Part shown: in pieces, positions 1-9,284 of the stretch
Layout: the number at the start of each line of letters is the position of its first letter
Numbering within the stretch: position 1 is the first letter of the stretch
NCBI GenBank assembly: GCA_944342015.1
Contig: CALVMC010000001.1
Span: 327,645-391,644 of the forward strand
Reading direction: 5' to 3'
DNA: 64,000 nt
DNA from: an uncultured Clostridia bacterium
GTDB taxonomy: Bacteria > Bacillota > Clostridia > Christensenellales > CALVMC01
Notes under the pieces: generated by a model
Database searches by the model: none
Seen by the model: the letters and a program-made list of their open reading frames with translations, nothing else
What the model was told of the DNA's origin: nothing
Translations under genes and position numbers: made by a program

Positions 1-1
1 T

Positions 2-1198
2 TCAGCTTTTAATGTTTTTTATCATAGCTTGTCCTGCAGGTCTGTCGCACATTAAATCTGCGTATTTTACAAGAGTTGCGGTATAAGTAGGCGTATTGCC
101 GTTTTGTCTTATAATTTTTCCGTTTTCCCCTTCAATCCATCTCCAATCGCAAAGCTGATGAAGTTTAAAATCGGAACTGTTTAAAAGATACATTACACCG
201 TCGTCTATAAACCTGTCGGCAATCACAGGAACTCCGTTATAAGATATTGCCTTAAAACCGCCGTCAAGGTTCATATAATCGATATTTCTTCTATTTGTAT
301 TAAGATAATTAAGATAAAATCTTCTTACATCATAAGAACATGTTATAAAATCGATTTCTCCGCCTACATTCTGTTCGATATTGTCTATCGCACTCTGAAT
401 AAGAGTTATAGACATTGTATTGTTCGCTTCCGAATTCACATAAGGATTTAACCAGAAATTATTACTTCTCATAACTCCGTAAAGGCTTTCGCTGTCCGAA
501 AATATTTTTTTAAGACCCGTGATTTCCTTATCTTTCGAATTTTGTATGTAAAGCTCATAAAAATCCACCAGCATAGAAACGTCGACATCGAATTTCACGC
601 CTTTTTTAGCTCTGTCTACTGCCGTGATTCTTTTAGTGAATTTATAAGTAGAACTCGAACCTCCGCTGTAAAAATCCACAGTCATTCCTTCCATAAGATT
701 TTTAACAGAATCAAAATAAACAGTGTCGTAAAGGATTTCCGTGCCCTCTTCGTCCGCAGCACCAAGGGACGGCGAAGCTGCGGTCGCAAGCAATCCTGAA
801 CCGTCGCCGTAAAGCATACGACTGAAATTGAATTTGGAAGCTTTTAAAAGTCCTTCCATTTCGGAATTTAAAAGATTAATAAAAGCACCTGCACTGTTAT
901 CGGACGCAAGCATGGCTTTATCACTGATTTCGATAGTTCCGTAAAGGTTCTTTAAATCAAGTTTGAACTGAGCGTAATTATTACCGTTTGCTTTCGGTAA
1001 ATTTCCCGTTTCATCTCCTGCACCTACGCCGCCGTTAACTCCGTAAGGAGCAAGTTTTACGACTTCTTTACCCCATACATCGTTAGAAGTTTGTTCGATT
1101 TTAGCAAGAAGTGGATTTGCGTTAATATTAAGCTGTTCGCTGACCACTCCGAGATATAAAGTTTTTAGTGCGCTTTCCGCTGTTTCCAAAGATACCAT
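2..1198 (-). CDS. Phage major capsid protein (HK97-fold type, inferred)
   Basis: 398-aa ORF directly after scaffold-like and portal genes. SD AGGAGA lies upstream of the ATG at 1198 and the stop TGA is at 2-4. Size and position are typical of major capsid genes. Confidence 0.7.
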   Translation of the reverse strand: MVSLETAESALKTLYLGVVSEQLNINANPLLAKIEQTSNDVWGKEVVKLAPYGVNGGVGAGDETGNLPKANGNNYAQFKLDLKNLYGTIEISDKAMLASDNSAGAFINLLNSEMEGLLKASKFNFSRMLYGDGSGLLATAASPSLGAADEEGTEILYDTVYFDSVKNLMEGMTVDFYSGGSSSTYKFTKRITAVDRAKKGVKFDVDVSMLVDFYELYIQNSKDKEITGLKKIFSDSESLYGVMRSNNFWLNPYVNSEANNTMSITLIQSAIDNIEQNVGGEIDFITCSYDVRRFYLNYLNTNRRNIDYMNLDGGFKAISYNGVPVIADRFIDDGVMYLLNSSDFKLHQLCDWRWIEGENGKIIRQNGNTPTYTATLVKYADLMCDRPAGQAMIKNIKS

Positions 1199-1200
1199 AA

Positions 1201-1881
1201 TTAAATTCTCCTGTTATTAAAAAGTTTTTTTGCAAGAACACCCGCTTCAAAAAGATTTTTCGGTTTCTTAGCCGGAGATAAAGGAGTTTCACCACCGGCT
1301 CCGATAGTTGCCGGCATCCGCTCGCTTTCAAGTTTTTCCAGATAGCCGTTTATTATTTTATTTTTGATATCGTCGTTTCCGGCTATGTAAACTTCGTAAA
1401 AATCGTCGCTCCCTATGATTTCGTCAACTGTTGCAAAGTTATCGATAAGCACATTCAACAAAGCCCTTTCAAGACAATTCGGGCTTACTGCAAGTTCTGC
1501 GTCGTTTGTTATGATATAACCGATTTCTTTGCCGAATCTCTCTGCTATGGGAAATTCCGTGCGAAATTTTTCCAGTTCCTCTCTCCAATTATCTCTTTTG
1601 TACAAAGGTACGGGCGAAATTTTCAAACTTTCGTTCTCCTTAAGCGCTTGAATTTCTTTTTCAAGTTCTTTAATAAGCTGACATCGTTTTGTAAACTCTG
1701 CTTCTAACTTATTGTAAGCCTCGATAAGCGCTTCCTTCGTTTTAAACTTACCGAAAGAGTCCTCTTCTTCTCTGATAATTTCGTTTACCTTGTTTTCGGC
1801 AGGCGAAATACTTGTCTGCACCGTTTCATTTGTAATTTCTTCGGATTGTTCTTTTGGTTTTTTGTTTTTGCTCTTTTCCAT
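1201..1881 (-). CDS. Phage scaffolding protein (inferred)
   Basis: 226-aa, charged and helical/coiled-coil-looking sequence (EALIEAYNKLEAEFTKRCQLIKELEKEIQALKE). It sits between the portal and capsid genes and has a strong SD AGGAGG. Confidence 0.55.
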   Translation of the reverse strand: MEKSKNKKPKEQSEEITNETVQTSISPAENKVNEIIREEEDSFGKFKTKEALIEAYNKLEAEFTKRCQLIKELEKEIQALKENESLKISPVPLYKRDNWREELEKFRTEFPIAERFGKEIGYIITNDAELAVSPNCLERALLNVLIDNFATVDEIIGSDDFYEVYIAGNDDIKNKIINGYLEKLESERMPATIGAGGETPLSPAKKPKNLFEAGVLAKKLFNNRRI

Positions 1882-1929
1882 AATTCCTCCTGTTCGGGTA
1901 TATATTCAACGGGAACCCGTCAAATACCG

Positions 1930-3810
1930 TTATTTGTTATTTGCGGCGTTGTCGATTTCGAGTTGTTTTTCCATCTTTTCGAATTTTTTGTGAGTTTTGA
2001 TATGCTCTTTAATTTTCTTTCTTGTCTGCTCTCCTATATCGTATTCGCCGCTGATTAAAAATTTAGTATGTTCGATAATATGTATTTCGTGATTGTCTAT
2101 ATCTTCGACATCAACGTTTTTTTCGTAGAATTTTTCATTTTCAAGACAAGCTTTCTTTTGGTGCAATTCATCTATGTCTTTACTTGCTTCCCAATTGCCC
2201 AGTCCGAAAATTTCAAGTACTTTCAATTTGCTCCGAGCCGATATTACACCGTTTTCATCGGCAAACATTCCCATTTTCAAAAGTTCGAGAACAAGATTTC
2301 TTCGGCTTGCAGGTGTGTCGGAAATATCGTTTTCGGTATCGAAAATAATATCGTCACTGCTTAATTCGTTTTTGTAAAATGATTTAAGTTCATTCTTACC
2401 GTTCCCGCCCGCAAGTCTTTTGAGTCTTCTCGAAACGGTAAATTGCTTGTATAATTTCAGAACCTTTTCCGATATGCATTTTATTGCTCCCCTTATATTT
2501 GCCGCCGAAATGGAAAGTCTTGAATCGTCCTGCTCTATCAACAAAGACAAAGCCGTTCCGCTCGTTACATTTGCAGGAGTCTGAGTATATTTCATAAAAT
2601 CACTAACTCCGCTGACCATAACCATTTCATTTAAAAGCCTTTCTTCTTCCAATGTGAAATCGGTCGGAACATGAGGAACTTCGAGAAGTTTCGGAGGCGT
2701 TGATCCCTGTCGGTAAACTATTATTTTCCCCGGAGAAATTCCCTCCTCCTCTATATCGTCGGTATCTATCGAACCGTCTTCGACTGCAAGAACACCCATT
2801 GATATTCTGTTTAAAAGTTCGTGTTTTTTATTTCTCAAAGTGTTGTAAGAACGCTGGATAGGTATTACTCTTTCAATAACGGAAGAACCGAACAAGCAAC
2901 CCGTATTCACTATTGCAGTCTGTCTTATGAAAGGAAAATCGTAATTGTTATCCTGTCCGAACCGATACGGCAATTCTCCGTAGTGTAAAAGTTTATCTCC
3001 TGCGACGATTATATGTCTGCCGTTAGGAAAGGAAACGGAAGGCATTTCATACTTTTCCAATACAACCGCCGAGTTATCTTTGGATTTAAAAATTACCTGC
3101 GGAGCGCTTCCGCCATAGCCCAGCCCACCCAAAGTATTTTGAGAATCGAAACTGAAAACATTCACCTGTTCGGGAGCGACATCGACTCCCCACAGTTGTT
3201 TGATTTTTTCGACGGAATAAACTTTTGCGTGTATTATACTGTCGCAGTCGCTAAGAGAATTAGCCGCTATGTTGTCGGGAAAAATTTCGAAAGGCGGACA
3301 CACAACGATATCGACATCTCCTTCATAAATATTTTTTCCTCTAATTTTACCTATAATTTTTCCTTTAAGCGGATTCCATACTACCTTGTAGAAAACCGTA
3401 CCGCATACCTCGCTCCAATGATTTCCGAGCGAAATTATTTCTTCCAATTTATTTTCCTGATTTACCGATGAAAGCAATTTGGACGCAAATTTAGAAGCGT
3501 TGATATCTGCGTCATCGGTAGTGAGCGGTCTTACGCTGACATTAGCCTGTATGCGCGCAAGTTTTGCAAGTCGGGTTTCCACAATTGCAGCAATCTGATT
3601 ATAGACTTCTCTCTCCTGCCAGAAATACTGCTTTCCGTAATCGATAACTTCTCCCGTTTCGGTAATTTCGGCATTCTGATTTCCCATAAGATAATTCATA
3701 TTAAGACGCCACTGTATCTCTAACGAATTTCTCTCTTCTCTTCTTTTTTTAAAATCGGCTTTAAGTTCTGCAACAATTTCTTCTTCAAATCTGTCGTCTT
3801 TTTTATTCAT
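1930..3810 (-). CDS. Phage portal protein
   Basis: 626-aa ORF downstream of terL. The N-terminal QWRLNMNYLMGNQ-type segment and the size are typical of portal proteins. Its start overlaps the upstream small ORF by 8 nt. Confidence 0.75.
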   Translation of the reverse strand: MNKKDDRFEEEIVAELKADFKKRREERNSLEIQWRLNMNYLMGNQNAEITETGEVIDYGKQYFWQEREVYNQIAAIVETRLAKLARIQANVSVRPLTTDDADINASKFASKLLSSVNQENKLEEIISLGNHWSEVCGTVFYKVVWNPLKGKIIGKIRGKNIYEGDVDIVVCPPFEIFPDNIAANSLSDCDSIIHAKVYSVEKIKQLWGVDVAPEQVNVFSFDSQNTLGGLGYGGSAPQVIFKSKDNSAVVLEKYEMPSVSFPNGRHIIVAGDKLLHYGELPYRFGQDNNYDFPFIRQTAIVNTGCLFGSSVIERVIPIQRSYNTLRNKKHELLNRISMGVLAVEDGSIDTDDIEEEGISPGKIIVYRQGSTPPKLLEVPHVPTDFTLEEERLLNEMVMVSGVSDFMKYTQTPANVTSGTALSLLIEQDDSRLSISAANIRGAIKCISEKVLKLYKQFTVSRRLKRLAGGNGKNELKSFYKNELSSDDIIFDTENDISDTPASRRNLVLELLKMGMFADENGVISARSKLKVLEIFGLGNWEASKDIDELHQKKACLENEKFYEKNVDVEDIDNHEIHIIEHTKFLISGEYDIGEQTRKKIKEHIKTHKKFEKMEKQLEIDNAANNK

Positions 3811-4048
3811 ATCGGTTCTCCCTTATAGTTGCGGCCTCTTTCTTTTTACAGGCTTTTTTGATAAAGTTTTCAGGACTTTTAGGGACAACGGTTACCGATA
3901 AAATATCGTGAAGTTTCATTGCACATTCAGCGCATAAATTAAATTGATTTCTTTCATCTATACCGTCATCGGTAATTATGTAATTTGCAGTATTCCGGCA
4001 ATTTGGGATATCACATTTCACCACAGTGGTGCTATTTACGATTTTCAT
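3803..4048 (-). CDS. Small phage protein with CxxC...CxxC zinc-ribbon-like motif
   Basis: 81-aa ORF with CDIPNC and CAEC pairs. It is translationally coupled (overlaps) with both neighbours inside the phage module. Confidence 0.4.
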   Translation of the reverse strand: MKIVNSTTVVKCDIPNCRNTANYIITDDGIDERNQFNLCAECAMKLHDILSVTVVPKSPENFIKKACKKKEAATIRENRYE

Positions 4049-4313
4049 TAGTTTCCTCCTCTTCTTTTAACAATTTAAGCAATCTCGTTTTTTCGGCTTC
4101 GAGTTCATCGTCTGTCATATCTTTGAGGGAATTATTTTCGGTAATTTCCAGATAAATTTTTGCCGCCGAAATATCGGGCGGCACATGCTTTGTGGAAATC
4201 TTTCGCTTAACAAGTTCGAGTTTTCCCTCGTCATTTACAAACTCTTCCTGAACTTCTTCCGTCTTATAACCGAGTGCTTTTTTATATAAAATATTCAGCA
4301 ATTTCTCATCCAT
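4032..4313 (-). CDS. Small phage protein, function unknown (segment reminiscent of small-terminase C-terminal regions)
   Basis: 93-aa ORF. The segment KKALGYKTEEV...KHVPPDISAAKIYLE resembles a pattern I associate with some terminase small subunits. It lies downstream of terL, not upstream, so the call stays open. Confidence 0.35.
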   Translation of the reverse strand: MDEKLLNILYKKALGYKTEEVQEEFVNDEGKLELVKRKISTKHVPPDISAAKIYLEITENNSLKDMTDDELEAEKTRLLKLLKEEEETNENRK

Positions 4314-4331
4314 AAAAAGCTCCTGAACCTT

Positions 4332-5768
4332 TTAATGTTTTTTAAATTTTTCCTTGCCCAATCTCTTTATCAGTTTTTCCTTATCGAGTTCGATAAATGT
4401 CTTTTCCCTTTTCGGATATTGCGTTGGCTCGGGTTTTGTCATAATATAGTATCTTAAAGCGTCAAGAGCGTGGTCGTCTTTTTTCTTGGGAACATCGCCT
4501 TTTCCCCACCAATAACTCTTAATTTCTCTTATTAAATTTATACAGTTTTTAAAAATGTATAATTTAGGAGGATCACTGCCGAGATAGGTTTTTACTCTGT
4601 TAATTCCCGAAAAAAGTTCCTTATTGACTTTCGGATTGACATAAATACCTTTCTCTAAAAAAAGTTCTGTTACGCTTCTTTGAGAAGCGAGAGTTTTCTG
4701 ACTTGCCGCACTGTCGATAATTGCACAAAGCCTGCCTTTGGAATCCCTATGCCAATTTAAACTGTCGGCTAATTTAAAAATCTTTTCAGAATGGTAATTT
4801 ATATCCTTTCCCTCTTCATAGTGTTCTGCTACGACAAAAACATTGCCGTCGTAATCGACAGCAAAAAACAGACAGGCAAGCGGATTGTTAAGACCGGGGT
4901 CTATGGAAATTCCGTCCTGCCAATCGTAAGGAATATCGAAAGGTTCTATAACATGCAATCTTTCATCGAATTCTTTATATACCAATCCTTCCGCTTCATT
5001 GAATCTTCCGTATCTTCTCGATTCCAGACTGTCTTTCGACAAAGCGGAAGAAAGCCTTTTTATTTCTTTTTCGCTGAGATACGGATTATCGAGCCATTCC
5101 ATATTGATATGCCATACTTCGCTGTCGCACGAAGAATTCAAATAAATTTCATCATAAACCCAAGTCAGCCCTTTAAGCGGAGTCATAGTACCCCATATTT
5201 CCCCGCATCTGTCCAGAACTCTCATACGACATTCTTCATAGATATCCTTGGGCGGCTCTTCATCGAACCATACAAAATCCAAAGAAGCACCCTGAAATTT
5301 TTCTCTGCCCTGTTCGCAGTTTTTAAAACTTATTTTGGATAATCCCCCGTACACATTTTTTATAAGTATATAATCGATGATTCCGTAAGAGGGCGAGCCT
5401 TTTTTCCCTTCGCTCATAACGACATCCTGTATCCAGGACTCGGAAAGATATGAAAGAAGTTTTTGCTGCGCCACTTCCCTTTGAACCTGTGCCGATAATG
5501 AAACTACCCAACCGCATACATCGGGCTTGTTTTCTTTATAAGGATGATTCCCCCTTGCCTTCCATACCGCCTCGACTGCTCCGCATTCTGTTTTTCCCGA
5601 ACGGTTACCACCGAAAACCCATCTGTTTCTTTTGGTGCATTTATGAAACTCCATCTGTTTAACATGAACTTTTTCACCGCTGTTATAGTTTTTCAGCTTT
5701 TCGCATCCTTTTCTTTTCTCTATTTCCTTTTCGACGGCAATCAATCTGAGTAAGTTTACTTTATCCAT
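4332..5768 (-). CDS. terL: Phage terminase large subunit
   Basis: 478 aa with Walker A GGNRSGKT, Walker B-like LDFVWFDEE and a C-terminal nuclease-type region. First gene of the packaging/head operon, with SD AAGGATGGTG. Confidence 0.85.
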   Translation of the reverse strand: MDKVNLLRLIAVEKEIEKRKGCEKLKNYNSGEKVHVKQMEFHKCTKRNRWVFGGNRSGKTECGAVEAVWKARGNHPYKENKPDVCGWVVSLSAQVQREVAQQKLLSYLSESWIQDVVMSEGKKGSPSYGIIDYILIKNVYGGLSKISFKNCEQGREKFQGASLDFVWFDEEPPKDIYEECRMRVLDRCGEIWGTMTPLKGLTWVYDEIYLNSSCDSEVWHINMEWLDNPYLSEKEIKRLSSALSKDSLESRRYGRFNEAEGLVYKEFDERLHVIEPFDIPYDWQDGISIDPGLNNPLACLFFAVDYDGNVFVVAEHYEEGKDINYHSEKIFKLADSLNWHRDSKGRLCAIIDSAASQKTLASQRSVTELFLEKGIYVNPKVNKELFSGINRVKTYLGSDPPKLYIFKNCINLIREIKSYWWGKGDVPKKKDDHALDALRYYIMTKPEPTQYPKREKTFIELDKEKLIKRLGKEKFKKH

Positions 5769-5897
5769 CTATTGACACCATCCTTTAAAATATTTCTTTT
5801 TTTTTCTTTATTTTTAAATTAGAATGTAGTATAATTTTAATGCTGAATTTATTGCTTAATATTCAGTCATAACAAAACCATTTATGAGGAATAAAGT

Positions 5898-6863
5898 ATG
5901 CACGGCAAAACAGTATTTAAAAAAATATCAATTTTTATATTTTGTATAACTCTTTTTATGAGTCTTGCAATGGTTTATCTTTTTGCTTCTCATTCGCCGA
6001 ATTTTGATAATACATTAAGCGGTAATTCCGTTATCGGTAAAACCGACAGTAAATATATAAGTAACAGCGTAAATTACACAAACAAAAATGTCGCCTATGC
6101 AGACGAAGGCAAATTTATAAAAATCGAAAATGACGGAGTCTACTTTAATGTTGACTACAATTTGGTTCAACCAAACAGCATAAAATTCGAAATACCTAAA
6201 AATTTTTATATTCTCTATAAAGGTACTATGACTAACGGAGATTATGAAGTGTCTTATATGGGAATAACAGGTTGGATTTCCAAAGACGCAATTACAAGTA
6301 TTCCCGAAACTTCCATAACCGTAGAAAACCCTTATTTTATATACAACGATACTGTACAAGGCAAAAAAACCCCTCTTAAAGTCAATAAAGATATATCACT
6401 TCGCACCTTACCGAGTTACGATACCGGCTCCAATACCGGAAATTTACTTACAAGCGGCACTGCCATAGAATTTTTAGGAATGTGCACCAAAGACGCAAGC
6501 TCTTACAACAATACAAACTATTGGTACTGCGTAAAAGCGGGAGATACAATAGGATATATTCATTCAAGCAATACTAACGCAGAAAACTTTTGCACAAGCA
6601 GCGATATTGCAAGAATTTATAACGAAACCGATTCCGCTACCACAAACGGAGACGGCACTTACACCCCCGACCCTGAAACCGAACCTGAAAACAATCTCGT
6701 GAGAATACTTTTAATAATCGGAATAACCATTCCTGCAATCATTATAGTAATACTGCTTTTCAAACCTTCCAAGAACAAAAACAATGACAGTTACACCTGG
6801 GACAGAAACATATATGACAGCAACGGCAAAGAAAAAGACGATGATTACGATCCCCGCCTTTAA
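5898..6863 (+). CDS. Membrane protein with two SH3b-like segments (possible phage moron)
   Basis: 321 aa with an N-terminal TM helix, two SH3b-like segments (ITGWISKDAI, DTIGYIHSSN) and a C-terminal TM helix (LVRILLIIGITIPAIIIVILLF). SD GAGGA. Opposite strand to the surrounding phage genes. Confidence 0.5.
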   Translation: MHGKTVFKKISIFIFCITLFMSLAMVYLFASHSPNFDNTLSGNSVIGKTDSKYISNSVNYTNKNVAYADEGKFIKIENDGVYFNVDYNLVQPNSIKFEIPKNFYILYKGTMTNGDYEVSYMGITGWISKDAITSIPETSITVENPYFIYNDTVQGKKTPLKVNKDISLRTLPSYDTGSNTGNLLTSGTAIEFLGMCTKDASSYNNTNYWYCVKAGDTIGYIHSSNTNAENFCTSSDIARIYNETDSATTNGDGTYTPDPETEPENNLVRILLIIGITIPAIIIVILLFKPSKNKNNDSYTWDRNIYDSNGKEKDDDYDPRL

Positions 6864-7471
6864 TTAAACGCTATATAATTTCTGTTGTTTTCCTGTAATA
6901 TTTTAATTGCACTGCTTTTAAGATTCTCATAACTTTCGTGCGTTTTCTTTTCCAATGTACCTTTTTTCTTTTTTCTGAGTTCGAATATTTTTTTGTTTTC
7001 TATAATCCCTGCTTCTATGGAGTTTTTTTGCCCTAAAAAGAAATCGTCGTTCCCGAACACATTTTGAAAATATTCTTCATTATAACCGCATTTGTCAAGT
7101 ATGTAACAGAATTTATTCAAAGCCTTTTCGACGCACCTGAAACAACTTGAAACAGGTACTCCTGTTTTTTGCGATATTCTGTTATAGCTTACTCCTTTAA
7201 TATATCTTAATTTTAAAAACTTAATTTCTTCTTTTTCAAGATAAGAAAATGCTTCGTCAATTATTAATTTGATTACAATAAAACTTTTTTTCTTTTCCAC
7301 AAGTTCGCTTAATTTAACAAGGGAATTATATGTCCCTTCCTGAGGATTCTGCGTTATAAATTCAAAACTGCACCTTCTGTCTATTTCTTTATCGCAAGCT
7401 TTGTAATATTGCGAAAGTTTATCCGCTAACGACAAAATAACTTTTGACCAAACCATTAAATTTTTTACCAT
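6860..7471 (-). CDS. Sigma-70 region-4-like HTH protein, putative phage late-gene activator
   Basis: LKLRYIKGVSYNRISQKTGVPVSSCFRCVEKALNKF resembles a sigma region 4 / ArpU-RinA-type HTH. The ATG at 7471 is preceded by GGAGGG, whereas the ORF-track start at 7483 lacks an SD. Confidence 0.5.
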   Translation of the reverse strand: MVKNLMVWSKVILSLADKLSQYYKACDKEIDRRCSFEFITQNPQEGTYNSLVKLSELVEKKKSFIVIKLIIDEAFSYLEKEEIKFLKLRYIKGVSYNRISQKTGVPVSSCFRCVEKALNKFCYILDKCGYNEEYFQNVFGNDDFFLGQKNSIEAGIIENKKIFELRKKKKGTLEKKTHESYENLKSSAIKILQENNRNYIAFN

Positions 7472-7509
7472 TGTACCCTCCATGCAAAATTACAAAGTTC
7501 GATAAAATG

Positions 7510-7576
7510 TGAACAAATGTTTTTATTTTCAATTTCATTATAAACACGGAAATCTTAAAAGTCAAACATTTGTTCA
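7510..7576 (-). promoter_or_regulatory. Perfect 13-bp inverted repeat pair upstream of the sigma-like gene
   Basis: TGAACAAATGTTT (7510-7522) and AAACATTTGTTCA (7564-7576) are exact reverse complements separated by 41 nt. Confidence 0.4.
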
Positions 7577-7620
7577 TATTTTAAAGTGCTAAAAATTTTC
7601 TTTTTTTGTAGAAATTTGTA

Positions 7621-7658
7621 GATAAAAATAAAGGAACCGCTCTATTCAAAGCGGTTCA
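7621..7658 (-). terminator. Rho-independent terminator of the RluA-family gene
   Basis: Stem GAACCGCT (7635-7642) / AGCGGTTC (7651-7658), followed on the minus strand by CTTTATTTTTAT. Confidence 0.7.
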
Positions 7659-7700
7659 AATTTAAATAAAATATTAAGTAATAATTATTTATAATAATAA

Positions 7701-8420
7701 CTAATCGTCATTTGAAAATTTGATAAGCAAATATTTTTCTATATTGAATTTTTTCCAAGGTTCTGTTTCCGGCGGATAGGAAATAAAAACCATTTTGGAT
7801 TTAGTTACCGGATGTTCGAAAGACAGTTTATAAGCCCATAAAGCAAGATTTGTCCCCTTTACCTTATCCCCGCCGTATTTTATATCTCCCAAAAGAGGCA
7901 GCCCCTGACCTGCAAGCTGCACTCTTATCTGATGACTTCTGCCTGTATATAAATCGATATCGAGAAGAGAACAATCGCCTGAACTTTCAAGAAGATTATA
8001 AGCAAGTCTTGCTTCTTTGGCGCCCTCGGTAAGACGAGGCACAATATGCACGGTATTTGTATCGGTATTTTTAAGTAAATAATTAGTTAAAATCTGTTTT
8101 TTTACCTTAGGAATACCTTTTGTAACGGCTAAATATTTTTTTTCGAAATCTCCTTTTTTTATCGCTTCACTTAACCTTTCTGCGGCTTTCGATGTTTTGG
8201 CAAAAACAATTACCCCTCCCGTAGGTCTGTCAAGCCTGTGAACGATTCCCAAATAAGCGTCGCCCGGCTTATTATATTTTTCTATAAGATAACTCTTCAT
8301 TAAATTTTGAAGGTCGGTATCCTTTGATTCGTCGGCCTGAGTCGGAATATTTTGCGGTTTAGAAACAACCAACAGATGATTGTCTTCAAAAAGTATGTTT
8401 ACTCCTTTATAATTTTCCAT
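7701..8420 (-). CDS. RluA-family pseudouridine synthase
   Basis: 239 aa with the catalytic motif HRLDRPTGG and typical RluA-family length and organisation. Confidence 0.85.
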   Translation of the reverse strand: MENYKGVNILFEDNHLLVVSKPQNIPTQADESKDTDLQNLMKSYLIEKYNKPGDAYLGIVHRLDRPTGGVIVFAKTSKAAERLSEAIKKGDFEKKYLAVTKGIPKVKKQILTNYLLKNTDTNTVHIVPRLTEGAKEARLAYNLLESSGDCSLLDIDLYTGRSHQIRVQLAGQGLPLLGDIKYGGDKVKGTNLALWAYKLSFEHPVTKSKMVFISYPPETEPWKKFNIEKYLLIKFSNDD

Positions 8421-8426
8421 AATTAA

Positions 8427-9284
8427 TCATACCCTCCAAATACCGCTTGTTCCGCACGGCAGTACTATATTTTCACATGTCGGCAAAGCCACTTCGTAAC
8501 TTTCGTAAATACCTTTACACTTTACGGTTAATTTTAAAATATTTTCCAAAGCAGCACTTTGAAGTCCTGTCGTATAAGAATTAATAAGAAAAAAAAGCGG
8601 ATTATCCGAAAGCAACTGAGAAGTTAACTTGCATAAATCATAGAGATTATCTTCTATTTTCCAGATTTCACCTTTCGGTCCTCTCCCGTACGAAGGCGGA
8701 TCCATAATGACAGCGTCATAAACCTTTCCTCTTTTTATTTCTCTTTCAACGAATTTAACGCAATCATCGACAATAAATCGAACAGGTTTATCCTGAAACC
8801 CTGAAAGTATAACATTTTGTTTTGCTCTGTCCGTCATCGCTTTTGCTGCGTCCACATGACAAACGGCAGCGCCTGCTTTAAGACAAGCAAGAGTAGCACC
8901 GCCCGTATAGGCAAACAAATTCAGAACATTGATTTTTCTTTTACTGTCTTTAATAATTTTGCCGAAAGCGTCCCAATTTACCGCTTGCTCGGGAAAAAGC
9001 CCTGTATGCTTAAAGCCCATAAGTTTTAAAGAAAATTTAAGCCCGTCTCTTTCGATAATAAAATCTTCTATGCGTTTTCCTTTGTAAACCCATTCTCCGC
9101 CGCCTTTTGAACTTCTTACATAGACAGCATTAAGTTTATCGTATTTTTCAAGATTGAAAGAGCTTTTCCAGATTACCTGAGGGTCGGGACGAAGAAGATA
9201 AAATTTTCCCCAACGCTCGAGTTTTTTCCCGTCACCGGTAGCTATAATTTCATAATCTTTCCAGCCGGAGGCAACTTTAATCAT
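8427..9284 (-). CDS. Class I SAM-dependent methyltransferase (RlmI/RlmK-like, COG1092-type)
   Basis: 285 aa with SAM motif AYTGGATLACLKAGA and IMDPPSYG. Overlaps the ileS stop by 4 nt. Confidence 0.75.
   Translation of the reverse strand: MIKVASGWKDYEIIATGDGKKLERWGKFYLLRPDPQVIWKSSFNLEKYDKLNAVYVRSSKGGGEWVYKGKRIEDFIIERDGLKFSLKLMGFKHTGLFPEQAVNWDAFGKIIKDSKRKINVLNLFAYTGGATLACLKAGAAVCHVDAAKAMTDRAKQNVILSGFQDKPVRFIVDDCVKFVEREIKRGKVYDAVIMDPPSYGRGPKGEIWKIEDNLYDLCKLTSQLLSDNPLFFLINSYTTGLQSAALENILKLTVKCKGIYESYEVALPTCENIVLPCGTSGIWRV

Larger units (their letters stand above)
1..7600 (-). mobile_element. Partial prophage / phage-like element (late regulator, terminase, portal, scaffold, capsid); continues past the left window edge
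   Basis: Contiguous minus-strand terL-portal-scaffold-capsid order with overlapping or tightly spaced ORFs. Right boundary is inferred between the regulator gene start (7471/7483) and the terminator of the neighbouring host gene (7621-7658). Confidence 0.65.

Noticed and set aside
5769-5897. Small inverted repeat CTGAAT-N12-ATTCAG and possible promoters in the terL / membrane-gene divergent region.
   Set aside because: The stem is only 6 bp and the -35 elements are poor. The evidence is too weak to annotate, though it is consistent with an activator-dependent late promoter.
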